IMG/VR virus record: IMGVR_UViG_3300012948_000019 | Location: 1 to 25,019 of that record | Length of the DNA: 25,019 nt | DNA from: a virus | Lineage: Duplodnaviria > Caudoviricetes | Direction: 5' to 3' (one strand) | Shown here: positions 16,997 to 24,406 of the stretch, in pieces | Position numbering within the stretch: position 1 is the first letter of the stretch | Layout of the letters: every line of letters begins with the position of its first letter | The notes under the pieces: generated by a model | What the model was told of the DNA's origin: nothing | Databases searched by the model: none | What the model saw: only the letters and a program-made list of their open reading frames with translations | Made by a program: the position numbers and the translations under genes

Positions 16997-17605
16997 TCAG
17001 CCGTCCTCGCCCGGGTCGCGGTCGCGGCGCGCCTCGGCGATGCGGTCGGCGATCTCCGTAATCGCGGTGCGAAACGGGCCGGGGCGGGTCCGCGGCATCA
17101 CATCGCGTAAGATCGCTTCGACCTGCTCACGCGTGGCAATCGGGGCCTCCTCGGCATTGACCGCGCCATGCCACAGCCACCGCTGCCAACAGTCCTGCCG
17201 GTCCTGGGGCTTCGCGGCACGGAGGAGACCGAGATCGGCCAGCGCACCGTGCCACGTCACCTCGAACGTGGGCCATGCTGAGCCCGGCTTTCCCGAGCGC
17301 TCCCACGCATTCATGGCCGGATTCACACGCAGCCAGACGGCGGTCTTCTCGTCGTCCGTCAGCCCGTGCGGCTGCGTCTGTGTGCTGCTGACCCACTCCC
17401 GTATCTCTCGCGGGCTGGGAAAACGGCGCCCGGTCTCGGCCGTCTTCGCGAAGTTCGCCATGGCGCGCAGCAATGGCTCGCGCGGGAGATCGCTCAACTG
17501 GCGGAAATAGACCGCCGCGACGTCGTCCTCGAGCTTATGCCGACCGCACACGACGGCGATCTCGAAAAGCGCCCGACTGAATGCTTGGAGATCGGCATCG
17601 GTCAT
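16997..17605 (-). CDS. Replication accessory protein (helicase loader/inhibitor-like N-terminus), 202 aa
   Basis: ATGA overlap with the initiator gene. Motif YFRQLSDLP...AM....RFPSPREI. Occupies the lambda-P / SPP1-G39P position after the initiator. Confidence 0.62.
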   Translation of the reverse strand: MTDADLQAFSRALFEIAVVCGRHKLEDDVAAVYFRQLSDLPREPLLRAMANFAKTAETGRRFPSPREIREWVSSTQTQPHGLTDDEKTAVWLRVNPAMNAWERSGKPGSAWPTFEVTWHGALADLGLLRAAKPQDRQDCWQRWLWHGAVNAEEAPIATREQVEAILRDVMPRTRPGPFRTAITEIADRIAEARRDRDPGEDG

Positions 17606-18441
17606 AAGAGCCCTTTCTTCCGGATCCGGTCGGCCATGCCCTCGACGCCCGTTGAGGCTGGGGCAGTCGGCACCGCGTCTTCCCATTGCCGCTGGCGGAG
17701 AAACGTGGACGGATCTTCGATCCGTCCACCCGCCCATTGCTCGCTGGCCTTCCAGCACTCGACCCCGGCGACGATCGCCTCGAGGTGGCGCGCTCCGTCG
17801 ACGGCCTTCCATGCCCGGGCGGCGGCAGGCTTGTGGCGCTTCTTGGGATAGGTCGCCCAAAAGCGGACAAAGCCCAATTCAGTCGGGCGGGGCGACGCCC
17901 CGTCGCCCTGAGTGAGCGAAGCGAACGATAAATTTTCTTCCGGTACGGATCCGGATACGGGTACGGGAACGGGATAGGTCGGGACATTTTGAATGTCCCC
18001 CCCGATGTCCCCCGGGGACATACCTGGGGACACATCCGGGGACACATCCGGGGACAGACGCTGCTTCGCCTTCTTGGCCCGCGCATGTTCCCGATCGGCG
18101 AGGACTTTCGCGCGCGGCGGGTTGTAGACGAGATAGTCGTGTAGCTCCCAGTACGCGCCGCGGTCGTGCCACAGCCCGATCGTCGCCAGCGCGTCAGCGA
18201 CCTCGTCGGCATCTATCGGGTCGAACCGATCTTCCTCCGGGCCGCAGGCTGGCGGGGCTGGGATAGCTGTCCCAATGCTATCGAGCGGGAGAAGCGTGCG
18301 GATGCGGAGTTTGGGAATCAACCCATCCGTGAGATTCCGCGCACACCATGTAATCGCTGCGACGTGGAGCAGGAGGCCGACGGGTCCGGCCGCGATGATC
18401 TTCGGATTGTCGAGGATCGCGTCGTCAAGCCGAGCCCACAT
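17602..18441 (-). CDS. Phage replication initiator protein, 279 aa
   Basis: GGAGGAGG RBS before ATG 18441. N-terminal WARLDD....NPK and TDG.I, then W.LHDY..YN, a PVPVP linker and C-terminal F..FW..YPKK..K..A..AW...PSTFLRQ..WED. Contains iterons. Confidence 0.85.
   Translation of the reverse strand: MWARLDDAILDNPKIIAAGPVGLLLHVAAITWCARNLTDGLIPKLRIRTLLPLDSIGTAIPAPPACGPEEDRFDPIDADEVADALATIGLWHDRGAYWELHDYLVYNPPRAKVLADREHARAKKAKQRLSPDVSPDVSPGMSPGDIGGDIQNVPTYPVPVPVSGSVPEENLSFASLTQGDGASPRPTELGFVRFWATYPKKRHKPAAARAWKAVDGARHLEAIVAGVECWKASEQWAGGRIEDPSTFLRQRQWEDAVPTAPASTGVEGMADRIRKKGLL
17981..18056. repeat. Iteron array (probable replication origin) inside the initiator gene
   Basis: GGGGACA at 18014, 18026, 18038 and 18050 (exact 12-bp period). 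Inverted TGTCCCC at 17994 and 18006, and GGGACA at 17981. Confidence 0.75.
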
Positions 18442-18460
18442 GTCCCCGCACCTCCTCCGC

Positions 18461-18484
18461 GGCAAGATCCGCCGCAGATCCGCC
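18461..18484 (+). repeat. Putative integrase arm-type site pair (left arm of attP)
   Basis: GGCAAGATCCGCCGCAGATCCGCC contains AGATCCGCC twice at 11-bp spacing and is 23/24 identical to 18700-18723. Confidence 0.7.
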
Positions 18485-18555
18485 GGACGGACCGCCCGCC
18501 GGCGCACAGACCGACCAATGGTTGCCGCTAACGGAGCGAAATCGCTCGACGTCGG

Positions 18556-18608
18556 TGGCGCGCCCGGAGGGAGTCGAACCCCCGACCCTCAGGTTCGAAG
18601 CCTGATGC
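18556..18608 (-). tRNA. 3' fragment (53 nt) of tRNA-Arg(UCG) = attP core; not a complete tRNA
   Basis: The minus strand reads GCA-TCAGG-CTTCGAA-CCTGA-GGGTC-GGGGG-TTCGACT-CCCTC-CGGGCGC-G-CCA. Anticodon arm, T arm and CCA are present; the D arm and 5' acceptor strand are absent. It lies 27 bp from the integrase stop. Confidence 0.88.
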
Positions 18609-18635
18609 AGGCCGTCAGTAGCCGGCAGTGAGTGG

Positions 18636-19859
18636 CTACGATTGCCGCTTACTCGCAGACTTCCGGCCACCGCCCGCCCGTTGCTGCCGTCCCGGGCCGG
18701 GCAAGATCCGCCGGAGATCCGCCGCCTCGCTCGGCCCCCGCCCCACAAACGTCCGCTCCAGCGCCGCCGCCACCGCCGCATCATCCACGATGTGGTAGCG
18801 CTCGAGCATGCTGCGCGTCTTGTGCCCCGTAATGGCCATGCATGTCGAGTCATCCGTCCCCTGCCGCTTGAGGTTCCGCACCGCCGTCCGGCGGAGGTCG
18901 TACGGAATCGCCCCGATGCAGCCAACGGCCTGACACGCGCTGCGCCACGCCTTGCGGTAATCCACGATCCGCACCGGGTCGCCCGCCACGAGCCCCGGGT
19001 GGGGCTGACCGGCGTAGCGGCGCCAGAAGATCCACGGCACGAGCCGCCCGGTCTCCTGGGCGTAGGCCACGCGGCGTGCCCACGCCCGCTCGATGATGGC
19101 CGCGAGCGGGCCCGTGAGCGGCACCCACCGCGGCTTTCCCTTATTCGCCCGCTGGCCCCGCACAAGGCGCAGGGCACTCGTCTCGCGATCCACCGCCGGC
19201 CACTCGAGGTCACGAATCGCGCCGGGCCGCATGCCGAGCCAAGAAAACCACTCGAGGAAATCGGCCAGCACCGGATCGCCCGTGCGGATATGATCCAGCA
19301 ACGCCACCACGGTCGCGTCGGAGAAAAATCCCTCGCGGACGTTGTCCTCGCGCAGCTTTGGCGGAAAGGCCGGGACGTGCAGCACCGTCGGGGGCGTCAC
19401 CCGGGCCCCGAGGCGATAGGCCCGGCGCAGCGCCTCAAGGCGGCGATTGATCGTCGCGGCTGCCACCCTGCCCCGCCAGCTATCCACGGCGCGCTCGAGC
19501 GTCGCGGTCGAGACGTCGGCGGCGAGACACCCAGCCCCGAGCGCCGAGCGCCACGCCGCCCGGTGACCCGGCAGGTTCTTCCGCGTCGGCCGTTCCTCGA
19601 ACGTGTAACGTGCGTCCAAGTCGTCAAACAGCCGCTCGACGGTGACCTGCCGGGCGTGGGGGGCGGGTGGGCGGCCTGCGGCCAGCTCGCCCAACCGAGC
19701 TTTGAGAATGCGTAACGCGGCCTGCGCGTCACGCGTGCCGCTGTTCTCGCGATGCTGCACGCCGCGCACGAAGAATTCGACCACGTAGTTGCCATAGGGC
19801 ACACCGTGGCGACGGTGGCGGAAGATCCGGCCGAGCCCGTAACGCTGTCGCCGGCTCAT
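18636..19859 (-). CDS. int: Tyrosine integrase, 407 aa
   Basis: ATG 19859 (ATGA overlap). Motifs ATINRRL..LRR, GMRPG (Arg), NKGK (Lys), YDLRRT, TGHKT and RYHI (Tyr). Adjacent to the att core. Confidence 0.93.
   Translation of the reverse strand: MSRRQRYGLGRIFRHRRHGVPYGNYVVEFFVRGVQHRENSGTRDAQAALRILKARLGELAAGRPPAPHARQVTVERLFDDLDARYTFEERPTRKNLPGHRAAWRSALGAGCLAADVSTATLERAVDSWRGRVAAATINRRLEALRRAYRLGARVTPPTVLHVPAFPPKLREDNVREGFFSDATVVALLDHIRTGDPVLADFLEWFSWLGMRPGAIRDLEWPAVDRETSALRLVRGQRANKGKPRWVPLTGPLAAIIERAWARRVAYAQETGRLVPWIFWRRYAGQPHPGLVAGDPVRIVDYRKAWRSACQAVGCIGAIPYDLRRTAVRNLKRQGTDDSTCMAITGHKTRSMLERYHIVDDAAVAAALERTFVGRGPSEAADLRRILPGPGRQQRAGGGRKSASKRQS
18700..18723 (+). repeat. Putative integrase arm-type site pair (right arm of attP, inside the 3' end of int)
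   Basis: GGCAAGATCCGCCGGAGATCCGCC, a direct repeat of 18461-18484. Confidence 0.7.
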
Positions 19860-20188
19860 GTGATCGGCTCGTTGCGGTGAAAGGCCGCAATCTTCCGGCG
19901 GGAATACATCCATCTTCCACCGATGCGATGCGCGCACCGCAGTTGTTTCCCGTCGGGGCTGCGGAGCCACCGCTCGCTCTTGAGTTTCAAGAGCTCCATA
20001 GCCTCCGCCTTTGACACAGCGTCGGTCGGATCCGACTGCGTCGAGTGCGTATCCGTTTTGAGGCGCGCCCCGACGGCCATGGTCAACGCCGCGAGCTGCA
20101 TGACCGTGCCGGCGAGGACGTGGTGCGGTAAGCGCGACACGGCCTCGACCGTGGGAAGCGGGAAATCATCGTGCCGCGCCACTCGCAC
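19856..20188 (-). CDS. Excisionase-like (winged-HTH) protein, ~110 aa
   Basis: C-terminal VSKAEAMELL..SERWL...RIGGRWMYSR pattern. Translationally coupled to int. Start codon uncertain. Confidence 0.65.
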   Translation of the reverse strand: MRVARHDDFPLPTVEAVSRLPHHVLAGTVMQLAALTMAVGARLKTDTHSTQSDPTDAVSKAEAMELLKLKSERWLRSPDGKQLRCAHRIGGRWMYSRRKIAAFHRNEPIT

Positions 20189-20298
20189 GAATTGCTGGCC
20201 CCCTTTGCGCTCGGGTCCTTCGTCCGTCCCCTCCCCACCACCCCTGCGCTGAGTCTACTGGCAGACCTGCCATCTCTTACCGCGTCGGTGCGTCGGCG

Positions 20299-20327
20299 CT
20301 TGTACGGTGCTTGTCAAAAGCTGTCAA
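20299..20327 (-). promoter_or_regulatory. Candidate sigma70-type promoter for the xis-int-rep run
   Basis: Minus-strand TTGACA (20322-20327), 17-bp spacer, TACAAG (20299-20304). A second TTGACA lies at 20312-20317. Confidence 0.45.
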
Positions 20328-20412
20328 CCCGGATTACGCATGATACATGCCGAAAACGGTGCATAACGGGAAGATTGAACGCCGAAAACGGCTCCGCTAC
20401 GCGCACAAAACC

Positions 20413-20655
20413 ATGGGACGGCCACCACAGCCACCACGGAGCTACGTCACGCGGCACATGCGCTTCCGTCGTCCGCTCGACAACGCGCTTCGCAAGGCGG
20501 CGCTCGAGGAACGCCGGTCGTTTAACGATCTGGTCCAACTAATCTGCGAAGATTGGGTTGCGCTCCGCACCGGCGGCGAGCGATTAGCTCCGATCCTTAG
20601 CCGCGGGGCGCCCCGGCCCCGCGGGGAGTCCGGCAAGCCGCCGCGCAAGCCGTAG
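20413..20655 (+). CDS. Arc/RHH-type DNA-binding protein, ~80 aa
   Basis: HMRFRRPLDNALRKAALEERRSFNDLVQLICEDW is Arc-like. Start is ATG 20413 (alternative 20347). Confidence 0.72.
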   Translation: MGRPPQPPRSYVTRHMRFRRPLDNALRKAALEERRSFNDLVQLICEDWVALRTGGERLAPILSRGAPRPRGESGKPPRKP

Positions 20656-20859
20656 CTGCGCCTCAGGCGCGCCCGGATGCACGAGGGCGGCCCATTCGAG
20701 GACGATTTGTGCGTCCGGCACGCGGCCCTCCCGCCGCCAGCGGGCAAGGGATTGGAGGGAAATCCCGAGGGCCTGCGTGAGCGCCGACGGACCGCCGGCG
20801 GCATGCGTGCTGCGATAGACAATGTTACTCGGGAGCTGGCGGCGGCCGTCGCGTGGCAT
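20584..20859 (-). CDS. Cro-like HTH regulator, ~91 aa
   Basis: AAGGPSALTQALGISLQSLARWRREGRVP is a Cro-type HTH. Start is ATG 20859 (alternative 20895). Confidence 0.72.
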   Translation of the reverse strand: MPRDGRRQLPSNIVYRSTHAAGGPSALTQALGISLQSLARWRREGRVPDAQIVLEWAALVHPGAPEAQLRLARRLAGLPAGPGRPAAKDRS

Positions 20860-20914
20860 GCCGGAGGCTGTACCAGAGGCCGGCACGATACGCAAGGGCC
20901 TAATACTATCGGAC

Positions 20915-20943
20915 TTGACACTATTGGGGCCCGGCGGTAGTCT
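20915..20943 (+). promoter_or_regulatory. Sigma70-type promoter, probably leaderless
   Basis: TTGACA (20915-20920), 17-bp spacer, TAGTCT (20938-20943). The ATG follows 8 nt later. Confidence 0.7.
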
Positions 20944-20951
20944 TAGAGGGT

Positions 20952-21101
20952 ATGACGACGGTTGATTTCACGATGCTATGGCGCGTCGCGGCGGACTACG
21001 CGGCCCAGGAGCGCGGTCTCACGCTGGACCCGGAGGAGGTCGCCGAGGCCGCCCGCGAGCTCTCGTGGCGCCATCCCGAGGCGCGTGGGGGGCGGCGCTA
21101 A
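20952..21101 (+). CDS. 49-aa hypothetical protein (not in the ORF track)
   Basis: MTTVDFTMLWRVAADYAAQERGLTLDPEEVAEAARELSWRHPEARGGRR*. Directly follows the promoter and ends 4 bp from the convergent gene's stop. Confidence 0.65.
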   Translation: MTTVDFTMLWRVAADYAAQERGLTLDPEEVAEAARELSWRHPEARGGRR

Positions 21102-21105
21102 TGCG

Positions 21106-21546
21106 CTACGCCACGGAGAGCGCCGGCGCCGACCGCCCGCGGTACACATGCCCGCGGCTCTTGAGCGTCCCGAGCCACGGGGCCCCCACCGCGAGCGCCG
21201 CGCACACCCGGCGGCGCACAGCCCCGGCGTCCAAGTCGAGCACCGCGCACGCCGGCCGGAACGCCAGCGGCCAGTCTTCCCGGTCATCCATGATCCATTG
21301 CCACGCCAGGGCGTACGGTCTGGTCCCGCGTGGGTAGCGGTGGAGGTCGAGTAGCACGCCCATGAAGACCGCGAGGTACAGCCGCCGCTCCCCGGAAAGC
21401 TCCCGCCGGCGCGCGCGGAATTCCTCGAAGAGCACCTCGGCGTCGGTCGCATCGGGGCCCGGATCGGGTAACGCAAACGTGCGCTTGCCCCCCGAGCGCA
21501 ACGCGGCCGCTTGCACGCGTAACCCCGGGATAGCAAAGAGTGCCAA
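21106..21546 (-). CDS. Hypothetical protein (ERRL.LAV...W.....DWP..F...C..LDLD family), up to 146 aa
   Basis: Protein-like helical sequence. Start uncertain (GTG 21516 is possible). Confidence 0.65.
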   Translation of the reverse strand: MALFAIPGLRVQAAALRSGGKRTFALPDPGPDATDAEVLFEEFRARRRELSGERRLYLAVFMGVLLDLHRYPRGTRPYALAWQWIMDDREDWPLAFRPACAVLDLDAGAVRRRVCAALAVGAPWLGTLKSRGHVYRGRSAPALSVA

Positions 21547-21592
21547 GCTAACCCCGGAATATCACACGGTGCCCGAAAAGGAAGAGACAGCT

Positions 21593-22726
21593 ATGGAAGC
21601 CGAAAGCATTCCCGCCGAGGCCGTCGCCGCCGCCCCCGTCACCGCGCCCGCCCTCGTCCCCGACGTCGTCGCCGAGGGCTTGGTGCTCGGCAATCCCGAG
21701 GCGCTCGCCGCGCAGCTCGAGTCCTTTAGCAAGGCACGCGGCCTCTTCGTCGATTGGCTGTTTAACCGGCTCGTCGCCGGCATCGACTATATGGTGATCC
21801 ACCGCAAGGTCGGGCCGCGCAATGCGAAGACGCCGTGCCCGAATGCGACGAACGCCACGGGGGCGACGTGCCCGACGTGCGGCGGCAAGGCGACGCTCTG
21901 CAAGCCTGGGAGCGAGAAGATTTGCGGGTTACTCCAGCTTCGGCCGCGCTTCCGGCGTGACGTCGAAACTTGGGAGATGCTCGGCGGCGAGGCCGGGCTG
22001 ATGACACTCGTCTGCGAGCTCGTCACTACGGCGGGCGTCGTCGTCGCTGAGGGCCGCGGCGCACGCCACCGCGACCAGGATTTCGGCGACGTCAACAAGG
22101 CCGTCAAGATGTGCCAGAAGTCGGCGCAAACTGACGCCGTGCTGCGCTGCGCTGGGCTCTCCGAGATCTTCACGCAGGACCTCGAGGACATGCCCCAATT
22201 CATGCGCGACGCCGACGCCGACGAGCCGCGGCCCTTCGAGGCTCCGCGCCGGCAGAGCGAGCCTGCGGCGACGACGTCCGCAGCGCCCACGGGCCCACAA
22301 GGCGAGTTTGACCTGACTGACCAGCTCCGCCGCTCCGTCGCCGAGGTCGCCGCCCGCAAGGCGGGCGCGCCACGCCCGGCTCCTGCAGCCCAGGCACGCC
22401 CCACTGGCGACGAGCCGGCCCCGAGTGACGCTCTCAGTAAGCCGCGCATCGGGCGGCTGATGGCGCTCCTCCATGAGGCCGTCGAGAAGCAAGGCGTGCC
22501 CGACGACTCGCATGAGGACATGTTTACCCGCGCGCTCGACTGGCTCGCGGGTTGGGTTGCGACGACGCAGGGCCGTAGCAAGGTCACCCACTGCTCGTAC
22601 AAGCAGTACGACGCGCTCTGTGCGCAGATCCCGGTCGCCGTCGAGGCCGCGCTCGCGGGCGAGCGCCGCCCCGCGCCGCGCCTCGTGCGCCGCAGCTACG
22701 CCGCCCCGCGTCGGCCGCTGCGGTGA
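21593..22726 (+). CDS. Putative single-strand annealing / recombination protein, 377 aa
   Basis: AAGGAAG RBS and ATG 21593. Motifs LCKPGSEKI, EGRG and NKAVKMCQKSA..DAVL...LSEIFTQDLED. Coupled to an exonuclease gene. Confidence 0.62.
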   Translation: MEAESIPAEAVAAAPVTAPALVPDVVAEGLVLGNPEALAAQLESFSKARGLFVDWLFNRLVAGIDYMVIHRKVGPRNAKTPCPNATNATGATCPTCGGKATLCKPGSEKICGLLQLRPRFRRDVETWEMLGGEAGLMTLVCELVTTAGVVVAEGRGARHRDQDFGDVNKAVKMCQKSAQTDAVLRCAGLSEIFTQDLEDMPQFMRDADADEPRPFEAPRRQSEPAATTSAAPTGPQGEFDLTDQLRRSVAEVAARKAGAPRPAPAAQARPTGDEPAPSDALSKPRIGRLMALLHEAVEKQGVPDDSHEDMFTRALDWLAGWVATTQGRSKVTHCSYKQYDALCAQIPVAVEAALAGERRPAPRLVRRSYAAPRRPLR

Positions 22727-23409
22727 CGACCGTCTCGAGCGACTCCGAGCCCGCGCCAAGCGTGCTCGCGTTCGACCCGGCATCGCATACCTACCGGGTC
22801 GACGGCACCCTTGTGCCGAGCGTGACGCAGCTCCTCGAAGACGCCGGCCTCACGCCGGACTACTCAGTCGTTGCCCGCCCCGTGCTTGAGCATGCCCGCG
22901 CGAGGGGCATCCACATTGACGCGTGCTGTGATCTCCTTGATGCCGATGACCTCGATTGGCGAAGCGTGCACCCTGAGGCGATGCCTTACGTGGAAGCCTG
23001 GTTGGCCTTTCGGGAGCACGAGGGCTTTACGCCGGTCGCCTCGCAAGTCCCGCTCTACCACCCACGCTACGGCTATGCTGGCACGCTCGACGTCGTCGGC
23101 CTCTTGCCCGGCAACCGCCCCGTTGTCGTCGAGCGCAAGTCGACAGCCAAGATGGCCTCAACGTACGCTTTACAGACCGCCGGGTACGCGCTCGAGGGGA
23201 TGTACTTTGCGCCCCCGGGCGGCGGGGTGCTGACCCCCGTGCCGTGGGGGCCGCCGGCCCGGCTCGGCGTGCAGCTCCGCCGCGACGGCTCGTACCAGCT
23301 CGTGCCCTACGACGACCCCGAGGACATGGCGGCCTTCCTCGGCGTCGTGGCATTGGGTCGCTGGCGCGGCGCGCGGCGCGCCTTGCAACCGATCCGCCGG
23401 GCGCGGTAG
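22723..23409 (+). CDS. PD-(D/E)xK (Cas4/lambda-exo-like) nuclease, 228 aa
   Basis: FDPASHTY, PSVTQLL, RG..I, YAGTLD, VERKS and LQ..GY motifs. GTGA overlap. Confidence 0.8.
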   Translation: MTTVSSDSEPAPSVLAFDPASHTYRVDGTLVPSVTQLLEDAGLTPDYSVVARPVLEHARARGIHIDACCDLLDADDLDWRSVHPEAMPYVEAWLAFREHEGFTPVASQVPLYHPRYGYAGTLDVVGLLPGNRPVVVERKSTAKMASTYALQTAGYALEGMYFAPPGGGVLTPVPWGPPARLGVQLRRDGSYQLVPYDDPEDMAAFLGVVALGRWRGARRALQPIRRAR

Positions 23410-23421
23410 CGTAACACCGCC

Positions 23422-23685
23422 ATGAGCCCCGACCTCGACCGCCTCGAGCAGATCGAGGCCATCCTGCTCACGCAGGCTGGACGCCTCGACATGCTCACGG
23501 CCCAGGTCGCCAAGCTCGCCACCGCCGTCGAGGAGCTCCACGCCCAGGTCGACCGCTTCGTCGAACAGGTGATCCTCGGCTTTACCCAGCGCGACGCGCG
23601 CAGCCGCCGGACCGACGAGCTCCTCGCCCGCCTCGATCGCAAGCTCGAGGACCTGGCGCGCATCCTCACGCCTCCACCCAGCTAG
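23422..23685 (+). CDS. Small coiled-coil protein, 87 aa
   Basis: Heptad leucines (RLDMLTAQVAKLATAVEELHAQVDRF). Its stop overlaps the convergent stop at CTAG. Confidence 0.65.
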   Translation: MSPDLDRLEQIEAILLTQAGRLDMLTAQVAKLATAVEELHAQVDRFVEQVILGFTQRDARSRRTDELLARLDRKLEDLARILTPPPS

Positions 23686-24020
23686 GGCTCGTCCGCCGCG
23701 CGCCGCAGCCGCTCGAGCGCGTCGTCCTCGAGGTTCGCCAAGACCTCGGGCGGGAGAAACGCCGTCACCTCCAGGGCCCCCAAGTGCACCGAGAGGTACA
23801 CAAAGTCGGGCTCAGGCGGCGTCTCGCGGGTCGCCGGGGCCCCCTGCGCCGCGTCAAGGACCTTGACCGTCAGCGACAGCTCGACCTCAACCGTGTAGCG
23901 CATGCGGCGGGCGACGTCGCGCGGACGTCGCGGCGGGCCCGTATAGCAGAGTGCCCGCGCGCCGGCGACGAGCCGCCGCAGCTCGCGTAATTGGCCGTCG
24001 AGGGCGTCAATCGCCGACAT
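23682..24020 (-). CDS. Hypothetical protein, up to 112 aa
   Basis: Fills the gap in the minus-strand run. The C-terminal half is protein-like; start uncertain. Confidence 0.55.
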   Translation of the reverse strand: MSAIDALDGQLRELRRLVAGARALCYTGPPRRPRDVARRMRYTVEVELSLTVKVLDAAQGAPATRETPPEPDFVYLSVHLGALEVTAFLPPEVLANLEDDALERLRRAADEP

Positions 24021-24035
24021 ACGGGTCGGTGGCCA

Positions 24036-24392
24036 TTAGGTTGACCCCGCCGTCGGATAGGGCTCGTCCAGAATGTGCGCTTCGACGCACGCGTTGCGGT
24101 CGGGGAGCTTCGCACACCGAGTGCATAACCCGTAGCCGATCATCCAGTGCTTGCCCTGCGCCGCGGGAATCGCGTTCGCGTGCACCAGCATCGCCACGAG
24201 GCCGGCAGCAGTGTCACGAAAGCCGTGCCAGGGCGGAGCGATCGCGATCAGGTCGGGACGCAGTCGGGCGAGCTGCGAATCATCCGGCACGAAGACACCG
24301 AGCACGCGCGCCCGTCGTCGGCACAGCAGGCAGCGCGTCCTTGCCTCGGGATGGTCGAGAATGAATTGCACGCCGTCGGCAATCGTCGGCAT
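24036..24392 (-). CDS. Hypothetical zinc-binding protein (CLLC...CTRC), 118 aa
   Basis: GGGGAG RBS and two CxxC pairs. Confidence 0.65.
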   Translation of the reverse strand: MPTIADGVQFILDHPEARTRCLLCRRRARVLGVFVPDDSQLARLRPDLIAIAPPWHGFRDTAAGLVAMLVHANAIPAAQGKHWMIGYGLCTRCAKLPDRNACVEAHILDEPYPTAGST

Positions 24393-24406
24393 CGCCCCGC
24401 GCTCCC

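Noticed and set aside
17909-17928. GAGTGAGCGAAGCGAACGA as a REP-like or single-strand-origin element
   Set aside because: It is a single short copy inside a coding region with no supporting structure.
18442-18507. N-terminal extension of the initiator given in the ORF track (start 18507), and its ADLRRILP match to the integrase C-terminus
   Set aside because: A strong RBS precedes ATG 18441. The peptide match is a by-product of the DNA arm-site repeat.
18556-18635. Complete phage-encoded tRNA-Arg
   Set aside because: There is no D arm or GCGCCCG 5' acceptor strand upstream; only the 3' half is present.
22723-23409. CRISPR-associated Cas4 or a CRISPR array
   Set aside because: No repeat-spacer array or other cas genes are present. 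The nuclease is coupled to a recombination gene.
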